Source: Lama glama
Taxonomy: Eukaryota
Assembly: GCA_028534125.1 (NCBI GenBank)
Contig: CM052816.1
Location: 6,946,001 to 7,010,000, forward strand
Length of the DNA stretch: 64,000 bases
Direction of reading: 5' to 3'
Shown here piece by piece: positions 14,078 to 27,929 of this stretch. Both the position numbers and the translations under genes were made by a program. The notes beneath the pieces were generated by a model, which had not been told where the DNA came from, ran no database searches, and was given only the letters and a program-made list of their open reading frames with translations. Position 1 is the first letter of the stretch. Each line of letters starts with the position of its first letter.

Positions 14078-16963
14078 TCCTCATGATCTCGTCCTTTAAA
14101 TCATTTCTCAATTTTCCCACAAGTGAGAAAACTGAGATTCAAGGGGATTGAATAATTGAGCCCTAAGTCCCTCTGTGTGGAGCAGAGCCCGGATTCAAAC
14201 CCAACCTTGTCCTAATGAGAAGCCCTTGCTCTCTTCCTTCTCCTTGTTTCCTCTCAAATGGGACCAGGGAGAGCCTGGACCTGACTGAGCAAAAGAAAAA
14301 AGCACCTCCCCCAACACTCCAGAAAAAAAGATACCTTCAACAAGTTAGCATTTCAGAGCTAGATTTCCCTCGAAAATATCTTACTCTCTCCATCATTTTT
14401 ATTTTTGAGCATTTGCCTTCATTCCTCCCTTTGCCTAGAACTTCCCCACCCCTAGCCAGGCTCTAAGGACCAGTTAAAGCCTTCCTCCTCCAGGCAGTCT
14501 TGCTGATTCATCTCCCTCTCCCAGCCCTTAAGTTCCCTCTCTACACAGTTTGCAGCTCACATTATCAGTAATGAAAATATGAATACAAGTCACAGCAAGA
14601 ATCATTTTTATCGAATTGTAACACTGTCAAGCTCCGTCCTCAATGCTTAATAGATATAAAGTTTAATCCTTACAACAACGCTGTAAGGTGTGTGAACTTA
14701 TGAGAGGGCAACGAATCGGTTCAGTTAGGACACTTGCTGGAGGAACACACTCGGTGCGTGGTCATTCTGGGACTCCAGGTCTCAGAGACCCCTGGCCAGG
14801 CTTTTAAGAGTCTTACCACTAACACTGGAATGTCTCCCAGAGGCAGCATGTTTGGTCCCAAAGATCTACAGTTACGAGCCATCACCAGGGACCAGGGAGG
14901 AGACCAAGGTGTGGCCATGAAATTAAAGCCAATATTCAGAATCCAGGGAAGAGAAGGGGCCAGGTCTTGAAGATCAAATGCTGATGATTCTGTTCCCTCC
15001 AGTGGAAGGTGTGAGGCTGCTGTGCTTAGCCCAGGGCTGCACATTCTACATATCCAATGAAGGATGGAATCTCAGTGTGTGTGTGTTTCTTTTTTTCAGG
15101 GCCTGTATGATCTGCAAGAACCAGCAGTGTCACCCTCTTCTTAGAGGAAACGAAACTAAGGCCCAGAGATAGTAAGGTCTGGACCAAGACAACAGGGTAA
15201 ATTAGCACAGAGAATCAAACCCAGGGCTTCTCCCTTTATTTTCTCTTTACCAGACACATCCCTGCAGCACCCAGCAGGCCCAGACAGGGGACTATCACTC
15301 ACTGGACCAGGCGGCTGGGAAATCCCAGCCATCTGGCTTCTGTCCCAGCACGTCCCCAGCCTCTGCAGACAAACACATGCCACGTGCAAGAAAGCTGGGT
15401 TCCACCATCTGCACAGAGCTTTAATGAGAGGCCTGTGGCTTCTTGGTATCTCGGTCAAGCTGTGTGCTGGTCCCAGCAAGTGAGCACCTTTGGCCTAACC
15501 TAACACAGGCCTTTAGCCCCTGCACAGTTTAAATAAATCACCTAGGATTCTCCCCACCTGCTCCATAATGATAGCTTCTTTGGTCAAGGAAATACTTTTT
15601 TAAACTCCTGGCAGCAAGAAAAGAATGGAATAAATTCTGTAGGGTTTATGGGTTTGAGAGGCAAACAATCATATCTTGGTCTGTCTCTATATTAAACGCT
15701 CAGTCTCCTGGAGTCCCTTTGCCGTGGAAGCTCGGGATGGTAACCCTATTCCAAGGCTCTTTGTTGAGATTTCAATGGGAATAAGGAAGGCTTTGCAAAA
15801 AGCAGAGAAGGAAGGCGATTCTTATATCCAGGAAAGCCCGCTAGCAATTAATGTATGTTGTCAATGGAAATGGGTTGTCTCCAAGGGACAAGGAGTCAAC
15901 TGGAGGCCGAATCTGTTGGGGATCCTGCAGCAGATCTTTTGTGGGTAGAATTAAGTAGAAGCCTGGAAGGTGCATCCAAATCTTGGGTTCTATCCCCATG
16001 ATTCTTAGAAGGCATCAGCTCAAACAGTATAGATGTTAGAATCAGGACAATGCAGATCTGTCCTGGCTCTGCCATTTAAAGGCTGTATAAACTTGAGGGG
16101 AGTGTTCCTGATCTGTAAATCGAGGCTTGACCCTTCCTCTTCCTCTATGGGTTATCACTGGGGTTGACAATGGTTGGTAGGGGGTGCCCTGTACCCTGCG
16201 GGCACACAGTGCTCAGCAAATATTAGTCTCCTCCCTCCTTCTAAGGAAGCATGCAGAATTCCAAGATCCCTGATACTAAGATTCACAATATTTTTAAAAG
16301 TCTGATTCCAACAAAAATAGGACAAACAAAAACACTGATATGGACGCCTCCTTTCCTGTCTCTCAAGAGCACTAAAGCAATCTTCTTCCCAGCCTTTGAG
16401 ATAATGCCCAAGTTGATTTTTATTTCCAAACTTGCAATTTGGCAACCTGCTCTAAGCTTTTATCCCCCTTTTTCTTCAAGTGATTTAGGCTGAGCTGTTA
16501 CTTGAGCCAAAAGGAAAAAAAACCAAAAAACAAAAAAACAGGCTAAAGTCTGCACCCTTCCCTCCAGAAGATAAATTATGTTGGTTTCTTCAGTGAGTGA
16601 ATTAGGGCAGGAGAGAGATTTCACTAGAATAAAATGTTCTGGCTGAAGAGGTGACTTAAAGTAGACTTGCTTTGTTTGCAAAGGTTCCCAGGCCCTCTTG
16701 ATTTCCTGGGATTGCTGCTCACCTCCAGGCTGTCCAGTGTGGCCTGGGTGAGCCCTGAAGACTTGGAACATAGGTGGCCCTGGATGGAAGGGTCCTGATC
16801 ACTGGCACTTGCCCTCGGTTCTCTTCCTTCTCTTGGAAACAGAGCTGTAAGTGGGGACAGGAAGAAATAAACCAACCTGTTTCCTTTCAGAAGGAAGACA
16901 GCTTTTAGCAGGACTGTATAAGATATCACCCCTGAGTGGAGAGAGGGCCTGCTTCCACTGATT

Positions 16964-17465
16964 CAGCATTTTCTAATCTGTGGAACACTCACATCATGGT
17001 ACAGGAGAGGATTTTAGGTAAGACGTGGTTGCGATGTTCAATCACATTGAGCCACTTCGTGAGGAAGTTATTTCCTCTCCCAAGTCTTCTTAAAACCTTC
17101 TCATTATGAAAAAGGAAGCCTCAGTTTGGGACTAGTGTACCTTGAACACTATTCTATCACTTCTTAATCATCTTTTTCAACAAAAAAGCAGACCCTGGCC
17201 CAGGTCCCTTAGGCAACAATATCTGCACGAATGTAATTACTTTTTCTATTTTTGTTATATTTATTTTCACATTTCCTACTTTTTCAAGCAAGTGGTAATG
17301 GCTTCCCATTTACTGTAGAGTTATAAAGATTCTTTTAAAATAAATATATATATTTTGAAAAGGGACTAATTTTTTTTAATATTAAGGAAATAATATAGCT
17401 GGTTCTCAGATATGGCAACAATCATAAAGCTAGAAAACAAAAGGCTAAAATTGAAGAAATACTGG
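16964..17465. mobile_element. hAT-Charlie-like DNA transposon remnant
   Basis: Ends resemble CAGTGTTTC.../...GAAATACTG TIRs. Similar text recurs at ~53990-54241. Family not determined. Confidence 0.4.
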
Positions 17466-17960
17466 ATTCATGGGAAAGAAACAAATGGTGTGCAACTTTT
17501 TTCCCCCTTCCTCAAATTCAATAATGTATCTCATGGCTTTGTGTTTTCAGTTGAAATAAAAACTAGGGTTCCTCCACTTCCTCTTTCCTTTGTTTTCCCA
17601 AAGCCTCCTTAGCAACAGAGGAATTTGCAGCTGGAAAGAAGCTGGCTATCATTCTCCTTTCCCTTAGATTCTAGGTGAACACTGTGAGCTGTATACATTC
17701 TCATTATACTCATGTATTTGTTCATCTGTTTGATAAACATTTGCAGATGCCCACTCCATATCAGGCCTGCATCGGATACAGCAATGTACAGGAAAGACCA
17801 GGTCCCTGTCTTGCTCAGGCCCACAGGCTAGTTGGGAAGACTGACTCTAACTACACAGGCAACGGCAATGCACTGTCACAAGGACTGGGATGGGAGAACT
17901 GCATGACACTGGGAGCACCAATGGGGGTCAAGAAAAGCTTGCTGGGCAAAGGCAGCTATA

Positions 17961-18175
17961 CAGCTGACCCTTGAACAACACGGGTTTGTACTGTGTGGGT
18001 CTACTTATATGCAGAATTTTTTCAAAAGTAAATACTATAGTAATACACAATTCAAGGTTGGTTGAATCCACCAATACGAAACTGTGGATACGGAGGAAGC
18101 TGGTATTTATACACAGATTTTCAACTGCGCAGAGGGTCAGCTCTCCTAACTCACATGTTCTTCTAGAGTCAACTG
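17961..18175. mobile_element. Tigger2/MER8-like MITE (TcMar)
   Basis: TIRs CAGCTGACCCTTGAACAAC / revcomp CAGTTGACTCTAGAAGAAC, with TA on both sides (17959-60, 18176-77). Confidence 0.85.
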
Positions 18176-18199
18176 TATATTGTGACTGGTAAGCCTGGC

Positions 18200-18420
18200 A
18201 GCTCTAGTGTAATCAGACACAGACACAAGTCCCAGTACCACCCCTTTCCTGCTAGGAGATCTTGGGCAAGTGACTTCAACCTCAGTCCTAGTCTCCCAGT
18301 CTATTATTACAATAACATTATCTTCCTCTTAATACTACTGAGAGGATTAAATGAAACAATGAGTGTAAAATCCTTTAGCACAGTGCCCAGCACATAGTAA
18401 ATGCTCAATAAATGCCAATT
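18200..18420 (+). mobile_element. MIR SINE
   Basis: MIR core and 3' end (cttgggcaagtgacttcaacctc...gaggattaaatga...cagtgcccagcacatagtaaatgctcaataaatg). Confidence 0.8.
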
Positions 18421-19155
18421 AAATGCTCAGCATCTTTTTTCCAAGTACTATCTTTTACACACACACCCACACAATTTCATGCAAATATCCCAGCCTGAGC
18501 AAATTCTATTTGAAAATGCGAAAAGAAGTTAAGTACGTTCTTACAGCACACAGTAGATCTAGGACAATACCAAGGAGAAATACTTTCTTGCTTCTGTTCT
18601 GATAGTATTTCCTTAAGTACAATTTGGTCTGGAGTCAAAAATCCTGGGTTGGGGTAGAGTTGACTACAGTGGTCACGATGAGGAAGTTCAAAAGAAAAGG
18701 AGGAAGAGGGTGCTTTTTAATTACCAGTGAGAGGAGAAAAAAAAACCTGAAATAGTGGAAAATAGCAAGATAATAGCTGTTAGAAGTAGGGGAGAAAAAG
18801 AGAGCATGATCTCTCCTTAGCTTTAAAGTAGAAGACCTCCGGTTCCATTAGAAAACAGGAGGATCTGGAGCCAGTACTTGAGTGCACACTGCCTTTCACA
18901 AAACATAAGTTAGAACCATTGAGAGAATTTTAAAAATCTCATTTTAATAATGCTTTCACATTAATGAAGTGGTTTCACATGCATCCCATCTCACAATGGC
19001 CCTATGAGGTAGATACTATTATTAGCTCCATTTTATAAATGTAAAACTAAGGTGGGAGAAAGGACTTGATTTGCCCAAGGTCACCCAGCGACTAAGTGGG
19101 AGTACCAGGGGTCCACCCCAAGCCTCCTGACTCCAAGCCCAGTGATCCTCTAGAA

Positions 19156-19478
19156 CAGGGGTCTGCAAACTTTTTCTGCAAAGGACCAGATAGTAAGACA
19201 CTTCAAGCACGTGGGCTGTGCTGTTTTTGTCACAACTGCTCAGCTCTGCCCTTAGGGTGTGAAAGCAGCCCTAGACCTACATAGACAAATGGGTGTGGCT
19301 GTGTTTACAACAGAACTGAAATTTGAATTTCACATAAATTTCATGTGTTTTGAAATATTATTCTTTCGATTTTTTTTTCAACATTTTAAAAATGTAAGAC
19401 CCAGTCCTAGTTGGTGGGCCATACAAAAGCAGGCAGTGGACCAGATTTGGCCGATGGATGCTAGCTTGCCAACACCTG
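19156..19478. mobile_element. MER58-like hAT-Charlie element
   Basis: CAGGGGTCTGCAAAC...TTGCCAACACCTG termini; 8-bp TSD ctctagaa / tcctagaa. Confidence 0.85.
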
Positions 19479-19808
19479 TCCTAGAATATCTCAGAGATGA
19501 ATGAGGCATAAGCGCTACCCTCCTAGGATTGAGAGAAAAGGAGGCATACCAATTCTCCTCCTACATATTAGTTTCAGTGAAATTCCAATCACTGTGACAT
19601 AACTTTCACAATACTTGCCTCATCTGCAGGAAATTTCTTATAATTTATTCCTTTTTCCCCCACCAGCTCATTTTTCTGACTTCAGTAAGTTTCTTTTTTA
19701 ATGTTATAACACTTTTATAAATGGAAACCCCGTATTAGTCACCAACATTAGAAGATGAACAAAAATAAAAAAAATTAAATTAAATGAGTGCTATTAAATT
19801 CTAGTGAT

Positions 19809-20051
19809 TACTTTCCTGTGTTATACAGTATGAACTTGCTGTTAACCTATTTTATTCAATATATTGTAGTAACCTATGATGATAGAAGTTCCTTTGATAG
19901 CTCAGTGGTAGAGCGGAGGACTGTATAATGATAGAGAATATGAAAAGGAATATATGCATGTATATGTATGACTGAAGTATTATGCTGTACACCAGAAATT
20001 GACACAACATTGTAAACTGACTATACTTCAATTAAAATATATATATAAAAA
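19809..20051 (+). mobile_element. Short L1 3' insertion with inverted 5' segment
   Basis: 13-bp TSD AAATTCTAGTGAT (19796-19808 / 20052-20064). 19809-~19852 is the reverse complement of L1 3'UTR text; the rest is forward L1 3' end. Confidence 0.85.
19891..19925 (+). pseudogene. 5'-half tRNA-Tyr(GTA) retropseudogene, no tail
   Basis: CCTTTGATAGCTCAGTGGTAGAGCGGAGGACTGTA vs recalled mammalian tRNA-Tyr CCTTCGATAGCTCAG(C/T)TGGTAGAGCGGAGGACTGTA. Ends at the anticodon; no T-arm or B-box. Confidence 0.88.
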
Positions 20052-23000
20052 AAATTCTAGTGATCTACAACCACTCTGGGCCTGAGGCCTGCTTTTATTT
20101 GAAGAAAAAGAAAGCAGCAAGTGGCAAAAAGATGTGAAAGTCATAGCAGCACCAACAAGAGATCTTCCTGGTAGAGACAGAAATACTGAAGAGGAAACAA
20201 CTTCCTCACCATGTACTTCACTTCCAAGTCTTTCTTTGTGTAAAACCATCTTCCCAGCCACCAGGCCCAGGAAGACTGCATCCTGGAAACTGCTGTAATA
20301 CAAGCGAAGTGCCCTAGGTTTGTACAAGCTAGAGAGAAACACTCAGAAGAGTGCAGGAGAAACTATAGGGAGGATGTGGCTTGTTTAACAGGACTTTGAA
20401 TATTGTCTAGCATTTCATTAGACATAAAATTCAGGAATAGTATTCCAGACTGACTAAGGAAAAGGAGTGAATGGAGATGGGATTAAAAAAAAAAGAGAGA
20501 GAGAGAGAGAGATGCAGTTTCTAAGCTGTGTGGAAGAGCACGCCATGGGGCTGTGGGTACAAGCCTTCTTGTTTTCTCACAGTTCCCCAAGTCAGTGGAT
20601 GCTCAAGGTTGTATTTTTAGGTTCTTCTCTGTGAGGCAGGGAAGGAGATGGGGACCAGGGTCTCTAGAGAAGGCCCCATGGGCATAGAGAGAATAATTAG
20701 AACTGGTGGCTCTTGACTTTGGGACCACTGGAGACCCACTTTTCATTTATCCTCGTGCCTACCTGGCTTCAAATACTTCAATGATTTAAGTCTTGCATGT
20801 TTTAAGTCTTTAAGGCTGCATGATCTAAGCTTTGAGGACTGTCCTTCCGTTTGCTTAACCCATGACATACATTCTTCCCAGTCACCATGAGAGACTGATG
20901 TTGACCCTACTGCATTGCTCTAATTCCAGCCAAACTGAAGGAGGAGCTCTGGCTGGAGAAGGAACTGGGGTGGCCTTATGTGGGTGACTGTAGTGAGAAA
21001 CTCTGTCTGGCTCCAAATTAACTGCTCTCAAAGCTGGACCCCACTGCCCTGCTCTGAGCCCACATGCAGAATATGGATTCAAGGCTGGCTCTCCAGGGCC
21101 ACCAAATATATCACACCACACAGAACTGGCAGGGGAATGGAACAGCACTGATGGTCATTTTTAAAAAGAAAAACTAAAGCATCACATGCTCAATTGCTTG
21201 CTCTCACTTTCATTTGGAAACCTGTACCTCAACATGGGAAACGTTCTTCATAGACTGCGATGTAATCACAGAGAAGCAAACGCAGTTTGCGGGAGCTGCC
21301 TCCCACCTGCTGTGCTCCCAGAGTGTTCGATAACTCAATAACCTCACGATTGGTCAGTAGAAAAAAGTGTAAGGCCATGTGGCTGCAATGCAGCTGCAGA
21401 AAATGCCCAGTAGGGCCTCTCCCAGAAGCTCCCACAGAAGCAGCAGGACTGGCCCTGGGCAGAATCGTCAGAGACGCCAGCCCCATCCTTGCACCCTGCA
21501 GTGCACGCAGGGTTCTGAGGCTTGTGTGGGGGTGGTGGGGTGTGGCCACCTGATCTCATTCCGTGCTCATATTCCCCTGGGAGAGAAGTGGGAGAAAACA
21601 GTTGAGCTCTGGTGTCTTATATGAGACGACCCAAAAGTCCCACTCCCTCAAATGACCTCCTGGCCCTACCCACCGACCTGACATTCACAGCTTCCTATCT
21701 GGCATGGAAGACTGTCCCAGAAAAATCAAAACTGGTTCAAATTCATTGTGGCTTTCTCACACTCTAGCAAACACTTTCTGTGCATGCGAGCGCCCACAGC
21801 CCCAAGTCTGCATTAACTTCTAACTCAACTTTGCCTAGCTCACCTTCACCCTCCTTAAGCTGCTCTTCAGTATTTTTGCAGTTTGGTCTTCACGTTTCTC
21901 TCCACTTTGATTCCTCGTTGCTCTCCTCCAGACCTTCTGCTGAGACCCACAGACCGTCTTCCAAGGGAGTCCTGCCCCAACCCCTGGCCCAGCTAGACTT
22001 ATTCTCTAGCATGCCCTTCTCTCACTCATCTACCATTTATCCATCTTCCAAGTCTGAATTCCACCTCCTCCAGGAGGCAACAAGTCTCCCTGGAATGTGC
22101 CTATGGCCCCCACATGGCCCCAGGCCCCCACTCATCCTCCCTCCCCATGTTACGGGGTCTATCTCCCAGACGATGAATTCCGTATCAGTAGGGACTGTGC
22201 CACCCTCCTCACTGCATCCCAGGCACTAGATCCACTACCTCTCCCAGTGAAAACAATCAAAGAATGTTAATTAACAGAATAGATCACTCATCAAATTGGG
22301 GAGTGAATGCAGGCTTGGGAGACAGATATAACTGGCTCCAAACCTTGACTCTACTAGTCTGTAATCTCTAGAGTAGCCCATGTGACTATGAAAGAATCAG
22401 ACCCTCCAAGCCTCAGCTGCATTATCACCTGTATCTGTAATATCTGTAAGAGAACCAGAATACCCTCCCCAGGGGTTGCTGGAGTATTACGTGACATAAT
22501 GCACACTCAACTCAGCACATGCCTCCAGCAAGAAAAGTATTTAATAGATGATACCCATAGCTATAGACCTAGAACCTCAACTTTATGCCAGGCCCTGAAA
22601 TAGACACTGGAGATTGTACAGTTGTTGAACCACAGTCCCTGCTTTGAATTACTTTAAGTAAATCTTACCTACCCAATTAACAGTGCTACCATTTATTCAG
22701 CACTTACTATAGTAATAAAAGAGCACATGCCTTGTGCTAAACAGTTCATATGAATTGCCTCCTGTGATCTTCATCATAACCTTATAAATTAGACACATTT
22801 ACTAGGTTAGAAAAAGAGGCTAAAGAGTTAATTGACTTGCCTAAGTTCACACAGCCAATGAGGGGGCCACACAGACAGACACCTGAACACACATTATCCG
22901 ACTCCAAAGACTGATCTCTTAGCCTCAATATCAAGCATCTTCTTGTCTCTAAGAACTTGTTGACCTTTTCCCATCTTTACACTGACCTCTGTGAAGGAGG

Positions 23001-24789
23001 GTAGCACTTTAGGTTACCATAAACTTAAACATGTATCTATGAAACATAATTTGCTTATGAGCTCTGAGGTCTCTGAGGGGTACGACAGGTACCAGTAAAC
23101 AGGTTTGGGGAGAGAGATAAGGAGTGAGGAAGTGAGAGATAGAGCAGCATCACTGGTTTTCAGGTAAACTCTTCTCTCAACAGCTACCTGGCATTGAACG
23201 TGTGGCATGAATGAAGCCTGGGAAGGGGAGGCCCAAAGAAGCACCAGAATGGAGACCCTGAGTGGTCAAAAGAAATGACTCAAGGAATCGGGAAGGTGGG
23301 CAGGACAAAGAAACGAAGCAGAGGAGAACCAAAGTGAAGCTTCATGTGAGAAGAGCTAGTTCTAACCTGTCTTGCCCATCAGTCTCCTTATCTGACATAA
23401 GGCAAAACTCCTGGCCTCAGACCTGTCGTTACTAAAACAAAGCAGTGAAAGCCTGCCCTGCCAAGCTTGTTGGATCACTGACAGATCCCATGAAGATTCC
23501 TTAAAGTGGGAATTCCTTAAGGTGCTTTGAAAAAAAGTTTAAAAAGGTATACTTTGAGGATGATTTTTAAAAATTCACTTCTTGGAGGGCTACAACTGTG
23601 ATGTGGTGGAAAGTGTACCTCCCAGTTGTTCAGGAAGCAGGGTTAGCATCCTAGCTTTGCTCCCTTGGGCTAGTTTGCAACCTTGAGCAAACTCCTTAAC
23701 TTCCTGGAGTCTGTTTTTTCCTACCTATAAATCACGGATATGAACATCAACCTCTCCAGGTTGGCCTAAGCGATCAACATAAAGATGTATACATTAGTCC
23801 ACTGTATGTATTTGTTACCGTGTCTGAGATTTCTACAATTGAGTTTTGTTAATTTGTTAAATTTATTTTATAAATAATAAATCCTCTATTATAGCCCTCC
23901 TAACAGAAGACAGCTTGATTCACCACAAATGGTCCGAGCTTTGGGATCAGCCTTACAGTCTCAACTCTATCTCTTATTTGCTGGGCGGGGTGAGTTACTG
24001 TGTCTCTGTGTTTCTCTATGTTTAAAGCAGAAGCGAAAACACTACTTCACTCTTCTTTAAAATGGAGATGATATTATATAGATAAAACATTTATTAAATA
24101 CCTACTGCATGTAAAAATTTCTTATTAAGGCACTTATATAAAAGAATTAGTAAGAGAGCTTTTGAATCAATTTTGTTCCACCATTATTGACTCTCAAAAC
24201 TCTCAGGACAGAGAATTACTCTGGGATCAACTCTGCTTTCAACCAAGGAGTGGGCTGCGGACTTGAGATCTCCTCTTGCCATTTTCCAAATGACCAAAGG
24301 ACAAGAATGGATTTCCTAATCCCAGAGTATACATTTTGTTGATGCACCTATAACCCAGGCACTGGAAATTCAGGTCAGGGACTTGGGGGGAAACTGAAGA
24401 AACTGCCACCAGTCTTTTGGGAATCCAATGTTAAATGTGAAGCTTTTAAAACAAAAAAGGACCCTTTGCTTCTGGAAGTCAGGAGAAAACTGCCTTTAAT
24501 GAGACCGGCAGCCAGAATCCCAGAAGAGAGTGGAGAAATGATATTGTGTTTTTATCTTGCATTGTTGGCTTTGGAAAGTGGCTGGAGGCCTCAAAGGCTC
24601 AGATCTCCAGTCTCACATTCAGCTGTCAACTGACTGCTCAGAGGCATAAGCTCTGGGGTCTCTGTGGGACCTGCATGGACCTCTTCTGCCCAAAGCCTGA
24701 GATGCTACAAGGAGGAAGGACAGACACAGCCCCCAAAGTGCAGGTCACAGTCACAGGCTAGGGATCATAGTGGGCAAGGAAGAATGGTG

Positions 24790-25000
24790 GTAATAATAAT
24801 TGGGCACTTTATCTATGCCAGGCTAAGTTCTACATGCATGACTACATAACATCCTGGTGAGGCAGGTATTGTTATCATCACCATTTTACAGATCAGGAAA
24901 CTGAGGTTCAGAGCTGTTAAGTAGCTTTTTGAAGGGCACACATTAGCAAGCAGCAGAGCCAGAATCTGAATCCTGAAGCCCACATTCTTAGTCATTGTGA
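24790..25000 (-). mobile_element. MIR SINE
   Basis: ccattttacagatcaggaaactgaggttcagagctgttaagtagc is the reverse complement of the MIR core. Confidence 0.8.
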
Positions 25001-26234
25001 CTACTACCTATATATACATCAAATGAGTGAGGATTTACATCTTAAGTTTTGCTCCCGAGAGCATTCCATAGTCACCTATACTGAAGATGTCTTGGATAGT
25101 AGTGTGTGAGCAGAAAGGAGCCCAGTCCCTTGTAAGACCCTTGAATCTGCTCTGCACTGTCCTTGTGATCACCCAGTACTTGCTTTCATGACTCCAATGA
25201 TATACACACTAACAACTTTATAAGACAAACCAATCACCTTTCAAGAGCTTTGGCCATAGGAAAGTCTATATTGAGCTGAAATATGTTCCCCTAAAATATC
25301 TACCCACTAGTTTTGTTTCTGGCCCTTTGGGATGGCATGGACAAAATCAACCTTTCTTCTACCTAATAGTCCTCCAGGTACTTTGGAAACAATTCTGGTC
25401 TCTTCAGATATACCACCCCCAATTCCTGCCACTCCTGCAAAAAAAAAAAAAGAAAAAAAGAACTAAGGCATTTCTTTACTTGTCTACAGTCTCAATAAAC
25501 ACTGCCTGAATACCCACTACAGATCAAACACTCTGCTATCTATGTGCTGAGGGGCAATGGAGCTTCAATTCTCAGAAAGAAGATAAAAATATACACAAAT
25601 GATTATATTACAAGGTAGAAAATTATGAAGCCATAAGAATATCTGAAGGAATGCTACACAAGTTCCAACAGGAGATCTTTTCCAGTCAGGTCACATGTAA
25701 AGATGACACAGAAGAGATGCTGTTGGAGCCTGGTCTGGAAGAATAAGAGTATTACTGATATGCCAGAGTGAAGCAGCATGGCCTCGGTGTGAGTAAGACA
25801 ACCAAATAACAGCCTCAGTTCCTCTGCACCATCTCATTACGGAATAATCCTATAAGGCATGATCAAAGAAAGGATCAACGGCTCAAACATATTATCAGCC
25901 TAAACCTTTAGAGGAGAAGGCCTACTGAGAGATTAAGACACTTAGGACATGTCTGAGAGATTTTCTTGCAGTTAGAGCTTCACTAATTGATATCCAAGCA
26001 TCAGCGACCACTCTGTCTGGCTCACTGTTACCGCCACCTGAGAAAGGAGAGCCCACCCTTACGCAGAGTCGAGGGCCCAAAGAAGAGAGCAGAGGGACAT
26101 GCGTGGTGAGATTTTCTGCAAGGTCACACAGGACACCTTTCTGCCTCTAATAGGCTACTGATGCACTCTTGGTTTAGGTACAAGTGGCACATCCACATAG
26201 CCAATCAACCATCCAGAGACATTTATGGAGAATT

Positions 26235-26748
26235 ATAAAAATCAGGGCTCTTTCGGGTGTAAAGAGAAGAGAAATCCAACTAAAATTGGCTTAAGTGCAA
26301 AATAAATGAGTTGGTCTATTTAAAAAGGCTAGAGGAGATCATGGTTTGAGTCTAACTGCATAAAGTGTTCAGACAATATTGTTGAGAATCTAGCTTCTCT
26401 CCAGTTCTTGACTCCAATTCCCTCAGTATTGGCTTCATCCTCCATTTCCTTTTAATGTGGCGGTGGGGAAGATAGTTTACATCCTCAAAGTATTGTCTCA
26501 TTCACTGTGACCAAATAGATTTGGGTCATACATTTATTCTTGAGCAACTCCCTGTTCAGGGTCTAGAATATATTGATTAAGCAGTCCTGTGTCAGGTCCT
26601 CCCATGCCCCCATCTTGGGCTAACCCTACCCAAACCACCTGGAGTGACAGTGGGTAAGGTGAAGGATGTTCCCCAAGGAAAACTGAGGGTTACCACAGAA
26701 TGACGAATGGATGCTGGTTGGGCAAAAACAACAGATACCTATTCTCAA
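26235..26748 (-). mobile_element. MaLR (MLT1-like) LTR, old
   Basis: agaaatccaactaaaattggcttaag...gatgctggttgggcaaaaacaacagatacc, typical reversed MLT1 text. Confidence 0.6.
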
Positions 26749-27659
26749 ATCTCTTCTGGTGTAAATTGGCAAGGCCATATTTTTGTCACCAAGAAAACTA
26801 TTACTTTGTAGAAAGAAGGTTGCCACATGTAAAATTAATAGAAAGCCTAACTGATTGTAACAAATAACCTGAAGTATACACTACAGATTATAAGCCTAAA
26901 AAATGATGTTGGGGTAAAAAGTGCAAACTTGGGATCAAATCCCAGTACCACCAACTACTTGCTATAACTGAACAAGACACTTGATCTCTCTATGCCTTAA
27001 ACATTATTATTCTATAAAATGGGGGCAATATTAGACTACTCTGTAAGGTTATTGTGATAATTTAATGAGAGTTTATCAGGAGAATGAGCACAGAGCAAGC
27101 CATAGAGTAAACAAATCTTGCAGGATTACATTCATTCATTTCATGCTTACTATGTGCCAAGAGTTACTACAGGGACCAGCAACACAGTGGAGAGGAAGAA
27201 AGTTCCTATTACTGTGCTGCTTATCTCCCAAAATGAAAAAGTAAATAAGTAAATGAGCAAAAAAAATTTAGAGGAAGATAATTATTATCAAGGAAAAAAC
27301 AAACGTTAATGACTGGGGAGAAGTACTTCAGATAGGATGGTCAGGCAAGGCTTTATTGAGAAGGTTAACACTTAAACTGAGATATGAATGATGAAAAAAA
27401 TTAACTGTGTGAAGATTTGAGCTCAAAAACAAGTGGAAAAAAATCTGTAGCTTGGTAAAGTAAGGTAAAGTAAGGGGAGAGTGGCATGAGATGTGGTCTG
27501 AGAGGGAGGTTAGGACTGATCATTTAAGTTCACAGTGAGGAACTGCATTTCATTCTAAGAACAAATGGAATTCAATGCAAAGATTTAATATTTTAAAGAT
27601 TACCCCAGCTATTGTGTAAACTATTAACTATGAGTTTAGTGTAAAAGTAGAAGTGAGCA

Positions 27660-27783
27660 GTGAGGATATAGCTCAGTGGTAGAGCGCATGCTTAGCATGC
27701 ACAAGGTCCTGAATTCAATCTCCAGTACCGCCATTAAAAACAAATAAATAAACCCAATTACCTTCCCACAACCAAAAAAAAAT
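27660..27783 (+). mobile_element. tRNA-derived camelid SINE (Vic-1-like)
   Basis: atatagctcagtggtagagcgcatgcttagcatgcacaaggtcctgaattcaatctccagtacc, then aataaataaacccaattacc body and A-tail. Confidence 0.9.
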
Positions 27784-27929
27784 AGAACAGCTAGAAAAGA
27801 AAAACTGCTGGAGGAAAGAAAAGAACTAGAAAAGCAACAGCTAATCCCTGAGGAAAGCATCAGGTGAGATAGACAGAAAGATGGGCCAAAAGCAAGCCAG
27901 TCGAGGGAGGCCAGGCACATAATGCAGAG

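Noticed and set aside
27660..27735. Apparent tRNA genes (also near 14.0, 50.7, 51.2 and 54.7 kb)
   Set aside because: They share a non-tRNA body and A-tail, and one has a clear TSD. They are tRNA-derived SINEs.
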